In this document: positions 51,683-61,075 of the stretch, piece by piece
Position numbering within the stretch: the stretch's first letter is position 1
How the letters are laid out: each line of letters begins with the position of its first letter
Assembly: GCA_918797485.1 (NCBI GenBank)
Contig: CAKKNE010000005.1
Span: 4,898,001 to 4,962,000, forward strand
From: Pelagomonas calceolata
Lineage: Eukaryota
Length of the DNA: 64,000 nt
Direction: 5' to 3'
Program-made: the position numbers and the translations under genes
Notes under the pieces: generated by a model
Database searches by the model: none
Told to the model about the DNA's origin: nothing
What the model saw: only the letters and a program-made list of their open reading frames with translations

Positions 51683-54600
51683 CTAGTAATGCATCACGCC
51701 GCGGTCGTCCCGGTCCAACGAGTTGACGCCGATGAACTCCCTCTGGCACTGGCCGGCGGCCGCCGCGGGAAACACGAAGGGCAAGTCCTCCTTCGCTCGG
51801 TCCGCGTCGGCGGGCGGCACAGATACGCCGAGCTCGAAGCTCCGAACCTCGAGCGCGCCCTCGTCCGTCGGCAGCGCGTTCTCGTCGTTCGGAAACTTAT
51901 GGGACCGCCGCCGCCCCCAGGCCGCCGCCGAGAGGTTCGCCGACGAGAGCAGAAGGCGCTTGATGCCGCCCGTGGCGTCGTGAAGCACGTAGAGCATGAG
52001 GTGCGGCGTGTAGACGTATTTGTCGGCGCCCCGCTCGTTCGCGTGCGCGGCCACGCGCAGGCGTGTCAGGGCCTCGCCCGCGCACGCCGCCTTGATCTGC
52101 TCCAGGCCGCGGTCCTGCGTCGCATATTTCAATCCGACGTTCTCCGTCGACCGATCCTTCCGGAAGAGCTGCTTGTCGCCTCTCTCGGGCCAGAACACGT
52201 TTATGTCGCCGCCGCCGGGCGCCATGGCCGACTTGAGGCGCGAGAGCCGCGCCCGCCCCGTCGCGCCCCCCTCAAGCCACCCGCCGTAGCTGTGGCACAC
52301 GGCGGAACAGTTCAGGGGCCCGCCGCCGGCCTCGACGCACGCCTCGGCGAACGCCGCCCGCAACGCCTCGGCCGCGACCCCCGCGCCGCTCGGATGCAAA
52401 CCCGGCTCGTGGGCCACGAGGCGCACGCCCGCGGCGTCGGCCGGCGAAAAATCGGCGCGCTCGCAGGCCGCGAAGAGCTCCTCGCACCGCGCGAGCGCGT
52501 CGGCGCGCGTCGCGGCCGTCCTCGCGAAGTCAGCCTGAGCTGCCGCCGACCTCGCGTTCACGAGCGCCCGACAGTGCCGCAGCAGCGCGTCGCGGAACGG
52601 CGATGGCGCAGCACCGTCGACCTCCTTGAAATCGGCGAACCACAAGCCTACTAACTCGCGCTTCGGGTGCGCCGCGTACGCGACTGGCCGGCAATTGCCG
52701 CTCGAGATGACGAGGCGGACGACGCCGCCGCTCCGACCTTCCGCCGCAGGTTTGAAGCGCAGCAGCCAGAACTTGGAGTGGGCCTGGCCCATGCCGATCG
52801 TCGCGTCCGCCAGGAGCCCGAACTGTGAGCCCAGAATTGGCTTGGCCCGTTTCCTCGCAACCTTCGTCGCATGCCTCACGTCGACCTGGCGGCAGCTCTC
52901 GAACGGCCGGCCGCGGCGCCGCGTGTGATAGCCCGGCTCGGCCGTGGCCGCGAGCCAGCCCTTGGGCTCCGATCTCCACTCCTTTTCTGGCTTGTCGCCG
53001 GGCCCCGCGTGCCGATCCGCCCCCTCCCAGTGCACAGTGACGTAGGACGCGACGTCGTTTCGGCCGCTGTCGAAAGCGCCGTCGGCGCACGAACATTTCT
53101 GGAGCATGGCGTGCGCGAACGCGCCGTCGAGATGTTCGCCAGAGGCCACGATCGCATTCTCCAACGTGAACCCTCCGGGCGGCGCCAGCGCGTCGGCGAG
53201 AAAGCCGCCCTCTTTGCCGGGCTCGCCCTTGGCCGACGCTGCCTTCGTCGGGTGCGTGTAGTGGATGCGCCGCAGGTCCGGGAAGACGCGCGGCGGGGCC
53301 GTCGTCTTCGGCCCTGCGTCCTCCTCCTCGTCCCGGGCGCGCTGCGCCGGCAGCGACGCCACCCACGCGTAGAACTCGTCTTCGCGCAGGATGCGGATGT
53401 CGGGCGGCACCGACTTGACCTCGTGCGGCTTCTTTATACGCGGGTTATTTCGCATCGCCTCCTCTTTCTCCCGGCGTTTCTGCTCCTCGGAGTGCCGTTT
53501 TGCCGCGCGCTTGGAGTTGATCTCCGTCGCCTTACGGAACTTTCCCGAGGTTTCTGGCGCCTCGCCCCGGCCGTTGCGCTTCCCATCGACGCCTTTCTCA
53601 CCGAGGCCGACGACGAGCAACGTGGTCCCCGGTCTGGCGTCCGTCCCCTTGACATCGCTCTTGCACGTGCCGCCGAGCTGCTCGATGCACTCGATGAGCT
53701 CTCGGCGCGTGTCGCCCCGGTTGTCTTCGCGGCCGCCCAGGAGCTCGCAGACGCCCGTGACAACGACCTCCTCGCCCCGCAGGCAATTCCTGGCACCGAG
53801 GCCGCGCAGCCTCGCCCGCACGTCGCCGCGCTCGCGCGCGGCGTCGAGCACGCGCATGAGCCCCGCGAGCCGCAAGCGCGCCGGCGCCAACTCCTTCAGC
53901 GCGTCCATGAGCGAGAGTTCGCCGGACTTGGCCTGGGCGTAGCGCACGTCGACGAGCGGGTACGCCTGCCGGACCTTGTCGGTGATGCGCACGTCGTCGG
54001 CGCGCGGCGGCCGCGCGCCCACCGCCGCGAAGAACCGGAGCCCGATAGCCACCGTCTCGAGCTCCGCGGCCTGCTTGAGGGCCGCCGGCGCGTCGAGCTC
54101 CTCGGCGTCGGAGCTCCCGGAGAACGCCTCCCGGAGCTGCTGGCCGAAGTCTAGGCCCGCCTTTTCCCACGCCTCGCGCACGCCGCGCGGCGCCAGCGCT
54201 GCCCACGCTGCGATTTCCGAGTCGTGGGTAGGAGCCGCCGGCGCGGGCGCCACGCCGTCGTCGTCGCCCGGCGCCATGGGCTCGTCGTCGTCTATCGTGA
54301 CGACCGCTGGAGGCGGCGGCGGCGCGGGCGCAGGCGCGGCGGCGCGCTCGCGTTCGGCCTTCGCTGCCGCGGCGCGCTCGCGGCGCCGTTTCCGCGCGCG
54401 CTCGCGCTTGGCCTCCGCCGCCGCGTCGTCGGCCTCATCGTCCGGCGGCGGCATCGGCGCGTCGTCGGCCGGCTCGGGAGCCCGCGGCGCCGGCGCCGGC
54501 GCGGGTGGTGGCGCCGAGGCGACCGACGGAGGCAACAACACGCGCGCCGCGACGAGCGCGTGCACGAGGTCGCCCTTCTCCGCGCAGCCCGTCAGGTCGA

Positions 54601-55099
54601 CTTTGCGCTTGTCGGCCAGGGCCTTGAGGTCCTTGATGCTCAGGCCCTGGAGCTGCTCCGCCGTCGCCGGCACGCGCTCCTCGAAGTTCCGCGGGCGCTT
54701 GACCGTCGGCGGCGCGGGCGGCGCGCGCGGCCGCTTCGGCTTCTTCTCCGTCGTCGTCTTCGGCGGCGCCTTCTTCTTGCGCGGCGGCGGGCGCGGCGAC
54801 GAGGCGGCGGCGTCGTCGTCGTCCGCCTGGGAGTACGACTGGCCCTTGGCCTCGAGGTCGGCGAAGCGCGCGGTGGCCTTGCGCGCCCGCTTCGTCGACG
54901 TAAAGCCGGCGGGCGCGGCGTCGCGCCTCCCGGAACCGAGGGAGTCGCGTAGGTTCTTCGGGATGTCCATTTTCACGTCGACGTCCACCGTGCTCGGCGG
55001 CGTCTCGGCGTCCTCGTCCTCGTCCGCCTCCTCGAAGCGCAGCTCGTCGTCGTCCTCGTTATTCGTGTCGGTCTCCATCGATGCCGGAGCAGCACTCAT
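51683..55099 (-). CDS. TDP1-like (phospholipase D superfamily) protein with a BRCT-like domain
   Basis: HSKFWLLRF…VRLVISSGN; PHLMLY…LLSSANLSAAAWG…RSFELGV; LRGEEVVVTG…IEQLGG…TTLLVVG (BRCT-like). Confidence 0.8.
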   Translation of the reverse strand: MSAAPASMETDTNNEDDDELRFEEADEDEDAETPPSTVDVDVKMDIPKNLRDSLGSGRRDAAPAGFTSTKRARKATARFADLEAKGQSYSQADDDDAAASSPRPPPRKKKAPPKTTTEKKPKRPRAPPAPPTVKRPRNFEERVPATAEQLQGLSIKDLKALADKRKVDLTGCAEKGDLVHALVAARVLLPPSVASAPPPAPAPAPRAPEPADDAPMPPPDDEADDAAAEAKRERARKRRRERAAAAKAERERAAAPAPAPPPPPAVVTIDDDEPMAPGDDDGVAPAPAAPTHDSEIAAWAALAPRGVREAWEKAGLDFGQQLREAFSGSSDAEELDAPAALKQAAELETVAIGLRFFAAVGARPPRADDVRITDKVRQAYPLVDVRYAQAKSGELSLMDALKELAPARLRLAGLMRVLDAARERGDVRARLRGLGARNCLRGEEVVVTGVCELLGGREDNRGDTRRELIECIEQLGGTCKSDVKGTDARPGTTLLVVGLGEKGVDGKRNGRGEAPETSGKFRKATEINSKRAAKRHSEEQKRREKEEAMRNNPRIKKPHEVKSVPPDIRILREDEFYAWVASLPAQRARDEEEDAGPKTTAPPRVFPDLRRIHYTHPTKAASAKGEPGKEGGFLADALAPPGGFTLENAIVASGEHLDGAFAHAMLQKCSCADGAFDSGRNDVASYVTVHWEGADRHAGPGDKPEKEWRSEPKGWLAATAEPGYHTRRRGRPFESCRQVDVRHATKVARKRAKPILGSQFGLLADATIGMGQAHSKFWLLRFKPAAEGRSGGVVRLVISSGNCRPVAYAAHPKRELVGLWFADFKEVDGAAPSPFRDALLRHCRALVNARSAAAQADFARTAATRADALARCEELFAACERADFSPADAAGVRLVAHEPGLHPSGAGVAAEALRAAFAEACVEAGGGPLNCSAVCHSYGGWLEGGATGRARLSRLKSAMAPGGGDINVFWPERGDKQLFRKDRSTENVGLKYATQDRGLEQIKAACAGEALTRLRVAAHANERGADKYVYTPHLMLYVLHDATGGIKRLLLSSANLSAAAWGRRRSHKFPNDENALPTDEGALEVRSFELGVSVPPADADRAKEDLPFVFPAAAAGQCQREFIGVNSLDRDDRGVMHY

Positions 55100-55275
55100 G
55101 ATGAATTTGAGTGAGCTCTCCCACCTTAGTTGTGCTCTGTCTCAGTAGGCGCCACCAAGGCTCTTCGGAGGACTTCCAGCGCCGATAGCGCTGCGCGAGT
55201 GCTCCTTGCGTGCCGAATCTGCAAGACGCGTAAGCTCTACGCGCGATGCTGCGCTTTTGGTGCTGGGCACACAAT

Positions 55276-55298
55276 GCTAGTGTCTTACAGGCCGCTAG
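55276..55298. promoter_or_regulatory. CTAG-flanked intergenic motif, copy 9
   Basis: gctagtgtcttacaggccgctag, about 177 bp upstream of 55099 (-). Confidence 0.7.
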
Positions 55299-55598
55299 GG
55301 CGCGCTAGCAGAGGGTTGTGGGAAACTATGCAGGCATCATTACCACCTCCCGTCGCAGCTGGAGCTCCCCCGCGAGGCCCGATGCGCGCGACGCGGCTGC
55401 GCGCGCGCCGTCCGACGTGGCGCTGTGCGGCGTCGTGCGCGAGGCGGCGGTCGGGGCTCGCGCCGCGGGCGTCGTGGGGGCGATGGATGCTGCTTTGTCT
55501 TCGGCGGCGGCGTAATGTGGTTTGATGTGATCCCTGTTTAAGTGAGAGAGAGAGTACCTCGGGAGATCACTTGCATATTACACAGTCGGCCATGGCAC

Positions 55599-56678
55599 CT
55601 ACTTGCGGCGTTGGACGGAATCCACGAGCGTATCGTATAGCGGGTCCGACGGCTTCGTCGGCGAACCCGCCTTCTCGTACTTCTCGATGGCCTCGGCGGC
55701 GGCCGCCGCGGTGTCGAACACGAACCCGCCGCCCGGCGCCTTGAGCGTGACGTACGTTTTCTTCTTCGGCATAAGCCGGGCCCTGTAGCCATGGCCCCGA
55801 TGGGGATGGACGCCGGGCGCCCTGCCCTCCTGCGCGAGCGCGGCCTGCTGTTCCGCGCGCGTCGTCCCCGCGGGCCGGTTGGCCTCACACCGCGCCGCCA
55901 ACGCCATGGCCTCCTCCCGCGGTCTGAAGAAGTTCCTCACTCCTGCGGGAGCGAACTTAAATAAGTGACGCGTCACATTGTACTTTTTCGTCCCGTCGGC
56001 CATCGCCCGCATCACAAGGTTTGGCGGCGTCGGCTCGTTATCTTCCGTCTTAGCCTTCTTCGTTCGCCGAGCGTACTTGTCCGATCTTTTCTTGTCCTTT
56101 CTTTTCTGCTCCACGAAGACAGTGTCGTGCTTTTCAGTGGTTTGGGTGGTGACACTGTAGGGGCTCTCCTCAAACTTCCGATTACTTTCCTTCTTCTCCT
56201 TCTGCCACGCCGCGAACTCCTTGGCGTTCAGCTTCACCCACTTGCCGTTCTGGCGGACCCAGCCGCCGTTCAGCTTCCGGTGCTTTTTGTACTTCTCGTC
56301 CTGGTCGGCGAAGTCGTCCAGCGTCCGCTCCGCGTCGTCGAGCGCGTCGCAGGCCTGTTCTAGGGAGAGGCCGTCGTTGAGCGCGAGGTAGAGCGGCTGG
56401 CACGCGCGGAGCAGCTTGTAGACGCCCTCGCTGATGGCGACGGGGTCCGCGACGGACGGGTCCTGCAGGGCCGCCGTAAGCTCTTCTATCTTCGCGTCGA
56501 GGGCCCGCCGGATCTCGTCGAACTGCAAGAGCTCCTTGCGACCGGCGAGCCGCTCGCGCGCGGCCTGCAGGGCCTTCTGGAGTTTTTGGTAGATGCCCAG
56601 GTGACCGCGGCGGATGGCGCCGAGGCTCGCTTTAGATACGACCGCCTGGGCCTTCTTCCGTGCTTGATTACGACCCAT
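55599..56678 (-). CDS. Hypothetical basic protein with a possible C-terminal AP2-like DNA-binding domain
   Basis: 359-aa ORF; PGVHPHRGHGYRARL…FVFDTAAAAAEAIEKY resembles the AP2 pattern GV…(W/Y).A…F.T...AA.A. Confidence 0.55.
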   Translation of the reverse strand: MGRNQARKKAQAVVSKASLGAIRRGHLGIYQKLQKALQAARERLAGRKELLQFDEIRRALDAKIEELTAALQDPSVADPVAISEGVYKLLRACQPLYLALNDGLSLEQACDALDDAERTLDDFADQDEKYKKHRKLNGGWVRQNGKWVKLNAKEFAAWQKEKKESNRKFEESPYSVTTQTTEKHDTVFVEQKRKDKKRSDKYARRTKKAKTEDNEPTPPNLVMRAMADGTKKYNVTRHLFKFAPAGVRNFFRPREEAMALAARCEANRPAGTTRAEQQAALAQEGRAPGVHPHRGHGYRARLMPKKKTYVTLKAPGGGFVFDTAAAAAEAIEKYEKAGSPTKPSDPLYDTLVDSVQRRK

Positions 56679-56897
56679 CGCTGCGGCCGAGGCTGCACGC
56701 TCGACGCGTTTGGCACGTAGACGTGCGTTTTCGGCTGCGTTTTCTGTTGCAACCGTCGCAGGCGATGTAGCACGCAGCCTTGCCGGGTTGCAGCTATCGC
56801 TGCGCGACGCGTGTATGCGATGTGTTGGGTCATTTTGGAGGCCGCCTGGATATTAGGCAGCGTGGCAGACACACTAGGATTAGCGGCTCGGCCCGCC

Positions 56898-57050
56898 TCG
56901 GAACTGCACTTTGTACTAGCGTTTTGGCCAATCCGGCGTTCGCCCTCTTGTCCTGTATCCGGTTAAAGGCGCCCGCGCCTAGCACGACAAAAGTCTTGTC
57001 GCTGGAAATGAAGTCTGAACTCAAAACTCTAGTACAAAGTGCAGTTCCGA
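56898..57050. mobile_element. MITE-like element, 153 bp, with 29-bp terminal inverted repeats
   Basis: tcggaactgcactttgtactagcgttttg (56898-56926) vs caaaactctagtacaaagtgcagttccga (57022-57050), one mismatch; no TSD seen. Confidence 0.6.
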
Positions 57051-57249
57051 AGCGCAGCGCGCCGTTAACGGACAGTCTCGAAGAGCGGCCTCATATGTGT
57101 CCAATGTGGACTACAAGCGGGTGCTTGGCACGACGGGAGCCTCATCTCGATTTTTCGAACGCGACCCGCGGGACCAGCCTTGGTGTGGGCTTCCGAGGGC
57201 TGTGAACCCCGGTTTACCTATATGAGCCCACGCGAACCGCAAGACGATC

Positions 57250-57699
57250 ATGAAGAAGGTCAAGTCGCAGGACCTCTTGGTCCTGGACGCCAATGACATC
57301 TACCGCCTCTGCCAGGGCGGCGACATCGTCAACCCGACCGTGGCGAACAACCCCGCGTACGCCATCCCGCACAAGCTCCGGGTCCTCGTCGTGCTGGCGG
57401 CGTTCCAGCTCGTCGCCGGCCTCACGAACGGGTCGCTCGGCCCGCGCGTCGCCAAGCTGTGCGTCCGCGCCGCGCGCATCGCGCAGGCCGCGTCGGCGCA
57501 GGGCCAGGCGAACATCAAGCTCCGCGTCGCCGCGCGCATCGAGGACGCGAACACGTCGGACAGCGCCGCCTTCGACGTCGCGAAGGACGGCCAGAAGGCG
57601 ATCGACGCCCTCAACGGCGCGGCGGAGGCGGAGCGGCGCCGCATCCTCAAGAGCAAGCGCAAGCGCGGCGGCGCCTTCGCGTTCGCCGGCTCCTTCTGA
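57250..57699 (+). CDS. Hypothetical protein
   Basis: 149-aa ORF with strongly GC3-biased codons; no recognised motif. Confidence 0.55.
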   Translation: MKKVKSQDLLVLDANDIYRLCQGGDIVNPTVANNPAYAIPHKLRVLVVLAAFQLVAGLTNGSLGPRVAKLCVRAARIAQAASAQGQANIKLRVAARIEDANTSDSAAFDVAKDGQKAIDALNGAAEAERRRILKSKRKRGGAFAFAGSF

Positions 57700-57804
57700 G
57701 TGGTCGCTTCGCTCTCATCTGAACAGACATACCGCGCGCACCGCGGCGCCGCGCGCGACGACTAAGATACAACCCCTCTTATGAATCTCGTCTTCGTCGG
57801 ACTA

Positions 57805-58096
57805 TCACGACTTACCAGCCGCGATGCCGGTCGAGGCGATGGGCGGCGCGGCGACGCAGGAGGAGCGGCCCGCGGGGCGGCGCGCCCCTGTGCCACCGCG
57901 GCGCCGCGAAGCGCACGTACGCCGGCGCACGAAGCCGGTCCACGGCGAGGGGCGAAACGGTCGACGCGCGGCGGCGGTCCCGGCGCGTCGGCCGCGAGGC
58001 GCGTACCTCCAGAGCGGCGAGTCGCGCGGGCTCGGAGTCGCTCTGATGGCGACGGCGAGGGCGGCGGCGAGGACGAAGACGAGGCGCGCGGCCATC
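57805..58096 (-). CDS. Short hypothetical secreted protein
   Basis: Signal-like MAARLVFVLAAALAVAIRA; the downstream frame is uncertain. Confidence 0.4.
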
Positions 58097-58119
58097 GCCG
58101 ATCGTGGATCGAGGAGTAG

Positions 58120-58197
58120 CTGCGTAAGCGTCAACTTCCACGCCACATAGCAGACAAGGCGTCGCGTCGATGGCGTGGAGTCCAAGGCTATCGCCAC
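58120..58197 (-). mobile_element. Decayed introner-derived intron, 78 nt
   Basis: cag|gtggcg…ctccacgccatcgacgcgacgcc…cttacgcag; family core intact, TIRs eroded. Confidence 0.55.
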
Positions 58198-58585
58198 CTG
58201 GACGGCGCGCCGCAGAGCGCAGATGCGGCTCTCGCTATGCGACGCCGGACCTCGGATTTGGGTAGCCACTCTGCGTCATGGACCCCCGCGGCGCCGGCAT
58301 CGGCTCTGATCGCTTCGCCAGCGGCGTCGAAGCCCGGCTGGCATCGCTGCTGTGCAGCGCAGCAGCGCGGCGGCAAACACGGCCTCATTGCTTACAGATG
58401 CGCGACGACGAGGAAGCAGCAACACCTACTGCAGGCTGCAGAGGGCTGGCCGCAGCTCAGGCGCGCGTTTTCGTACGGCAAGCTGGCGCAAATTCATGCT
58501 GGGTATCAGAAGGCGTGCTGGCTGTCACGCGCGAGCTCTGAGTCAACGCCTGTGGGCTACTTGATCCCTTGCCAGATCGGCAGCA

Positions 58586-58608
58586 CTAGCGGCGGGTAAG
58601 ACACTAGC
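58586..58608. promoter_or_regulatory. CTAG-flanked intergenic motif, copy 10
   Basis: ctagcggcgggtaagacactagc, upstream of the minus-strand gene ending at 57805. Confidence 0.65.
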
Positions 58609-58756
58609 CGCGAAGCAAAAGCAAAATAAAATTGTGTACTCTAATTGTATGCTACGCTATCGACCAAAGCCGCCCAATCTCCCCAGCAACCTCCGCGAAC
58701 GCCTCCCGCTCCAACAACGAAGCGCGCCAAGCAAGCACCGACTGGTAGATCTGTTT

Positions 58757-58779
58757 GCTAGTGTCTTACAGCCTCTAGC
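58757..58779. promoter_or_regulatory. CTAG-flanked intergenic motif, copy 11
   Basis: gctagtgtcttacagcctctagc; same context as copy 9 (duplicated segment). Confidence 0.65.
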
Positions 58780-58795
58780 TGCGAGTTTTGCGAAA

Positions 58796-59170
58796 CTATG
58801 CAGGCATCATTACCACCTCCCGTCGCAACTGGAGCTCCCCCGCGAGACCCGATGCGCGCGACGCGGCCGCGGCAGCCAGCGACTCGGCCGTCGCCGCGTC
58901 TTCGCGCGCGAGCTCGGCGTTCAGCGACTCGCGCGGCTTGGAAAAGGAGTGCGACCGGGGCGACGCGCCACCGCCATCGTCGTCCGGCGCCGCGAAGCCG
59001 GGCGGCGCCTCGGAGGCCGAAGCGACGTCCGCGGGATCAGGATCACCTTCCACGGGAATCCAGTCGTAGCGCGCCGGGTCGGCGTAGCGCCGCGGCGGCG
59101 GCGCAGCTTGTCGGCGCTTGGCCGGGTCCACGCCCTCGAAGCCCCGCGCGGCGGAGGAGCCTGTTCCCAT
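58796..59170 (-). CDS. Small hypothetical protein with a possible N-myristoylation site
   Basis: Starts MGTGSSA; its 3' end is duplicated at 55322-55401. Confidence 0.5.
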   Translation of the reverse strand: MGTGSSAARGFEGVDPAKRRQAAPPPRRYADPARYDWIPVEGDPDPADVASASEAPPGFAAPDDDGGGASPRSHSFSKPRESLNAELAREDAATAESLAAAAASRASGLAGELQLRREVVMMPA

Positions 59171-59310
59171 CCCAAGGCTGCCCCTACCAATGTGCCAGGC
59201 GTTTTCGCGGTGCACGCATGCAGGGACGGCGTGTACGTGCGTGAGTTATGCGAAATCGCGTACTGTGACAGCCTTGTCCGAGCGGTTCGTTGGGATGAGA
59301 GATTAATCGG

Positions 59311-59334
59311 GCTAGCGGCATGTAAGACACTAGC
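59311..59334. promoter_or_regulatory. CTAG-flanked intergenic motif, copy 12 (divergent promoter)
   Basis: gctagcggcatgtaagacactagc, between starts at 59170 (-) and 59518 (+). Confidence 0.7.
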
Positions 59335-59517
59335 ACCAAAGCCCAAAAGCAGGCTGGCGCAAGCTGTCCGCGGCCGAGTCGCTCGTTAGCGGCGCAAAAA
59401 TACGCTAAACGCTGACATACTTGGTCACCCGTACTGCACCAACACGGTCAGCCCAGCGCTGCTGCGCATAATCGCGGTACAGCACACCCAGCTGCCACAG
59501 GGCGCAACAACGCACGG

Positions 59518-60978
59518 ATGGAGCGCAGCAGCAGGGGCAGAGCGCGCAGCGCGCCGAGGCTCTTCCACGACGAGGCCGCCGCCGAAAACCCCCAAACGGC
59601 GACGGTGAAGCCCTGGGCCGGCATCCTCCAGAACGGGATAGAGGTCGAATTCATGCGCATCGAGCGGCTCCAGGAGGCGCTCGAGGGGCTGGGCCTCGAC
59701 ACGGAAGGCAAGCGTTTTAATTTATTGCAGCGCCTGGCGGAGGCGCTCAAAGGGGGGTCTGGAGACGATGATGTGTGTGTCCACGAGCAGGTCGCCGCGA
59801 AGAAAGACGATGCCTGGATTTTAGCGAGTGTCGTGAGCTACGACGCCGATCAGGATGTGTACGAGGTGCGGGACGAGGCCGAGGCCCACGAACGTCGCGC
59901 CGCGGTTGTCCTGGAGGCGGCGGGCGCGGCCGGGAAGATGAAGGTCCGGGAATTGAGGAATGCGCTCGACGAACTAAATGAAGAGACGGACGGCGCCAAG
60001 CCCCAATTAATCGAGCGGCTCATTAATGCAAGGCGCCGCGCGGCGCCGCCCGTGCCAGCCATCCAACTGGAAGCGGATAGAGTACGACGCCTCGGCGTCG
60101 ACCAGGACGCGTTGAGGGAGGGCGAGCATGTATTAGCCGTCTACCCCGCGCGGGACGCGGAGGGCCGGGCGCCGGACGAGCCGGAGTTCAACGCGAAGAC
60201 GATCCACGGGATGGAGTGGACGACGACGTTCTACCGCGCGGCCGTCGCGCGGAAGCCGATCCAGGCGCGCGACGACGGCTGCGTGCGGTTGGTGTTCGAC
60301 GGCGAGGACGAGCAGATCCACCGCGTGTCGCGCCACTACGTTATTAGGGAGACGCCGCTTTCTTCTGTAGAACCGCTGCCCGCGCCGTCGGGGCCGCAGA
60401 TCTCGGGCTACATGCACTTCATGCAGCAGAAACGACCGGAAATTACAGAAGCGGTGCGCGCGGAGCGGCCGACGAACCTCTCGGCGCAGGTCACGAAGCG
60501 GCTCGGCGAGATGTGGCAGCGCCTCGGGAAGAGCGACCGGGAAAAATATAAAAGAGAGGCGCCCCTGAAGGACGACGTGCCCGGCTGGGGCGCGAAGAAG
60601 CCACGGAAGAAGAGGAAGAAGAAAGAAACGGTGCAGGTCGCGCGGCAGACGCCGCGGCCGGTGCCGCACCCCGGCTACGTCCCGCCGGCCCTGCCGGAGG
60701 GCGCGGTGCCGCTGCCGGCGGTCGTGCGGGAGATCGCGCCGCTCCTGGGCCCGCCGCGTTCTTATAATTTCGACGAGGCCGCGGCGCGGGCGGCCTTCGA
60801 GGACGCCGACCGGCGCTACTCGGCGCTCAAGGGCATCGAGAAGCGCCTCGAGGACGAGCTCGCGCGGCTGCGCGTCGAGGAGGCGGCGCTGCGGGCGGCC
60901 GCGGGCGAGGTCGACGAGGAGGGCTGGGCGCAGTTCGACCCGGCGCGCGACGGGGGCGAGAACCTGGAGGCTGTTTAA
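59518..60978 (+). CDS. SGF29-like tandem Tudor protein with two SAP motifs and an HMG box
   Basis: QVAAK…WILA.V…YEV.DE and GEHVLAVYP…TTTFYRA.V…LVFDGED; SAP-like LQEALEGLGLDTEGKRFNLLQRL and MKVRELRNALDELNEETDGAKPQLIERL; SGYMHF...R…VTKRLGEMW..L...DREKY. Confidence 0.85.
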   Translation: MERSSRGRARSAPRLFHDEAAAENPQTATVKPWAGILQNGIEVEFMRIERLQEALEGLGLDTEGKRFNLLQRLAEALKGGSGDDDVCVHEQVAAKKDDAWILASVVSYDADQDVYEVRDEAEAHERRAAVVLEAAGAAGKMKVRELRNALDELNEETDGAKPQLIERLINARRRAAPPVPAIQLEADRVRRLGVDQDALREGEHVLAVYPARDAEGRAPDEPEFNAKTIHGMEWTTTFYRAAVARKPIQARDDGCVRLVFDGEDEQIHRVSRHYVIRETPLSSVEPLPAPSGPQISGYMHFMQQKRPEITEAVRAERPTNLSAQVTKRLGEMWQRLGKSDREKYKREAPLKDDVPGWGAKKPRKKRKKKETVQVARQTPRPVPHPGYVPPALPEGAVPLPAVVREIAPLLGPPRSYNFDEAAARAAFEDADRRYSALKGIEKRLEDELARLRVEEAALRAAAGEVDEEGWAQFDPARDGGENLEAV

Positions 60979-61075
60979 GAGTTGTTGTTTTTCTCCTGTT
61001 ACGGTGCTAGACTATCTTCAGAGCCCCGGGAGGTGCGCCGATGGCGTAAAGCGTACATGAAACCTGTTTCGGTAC

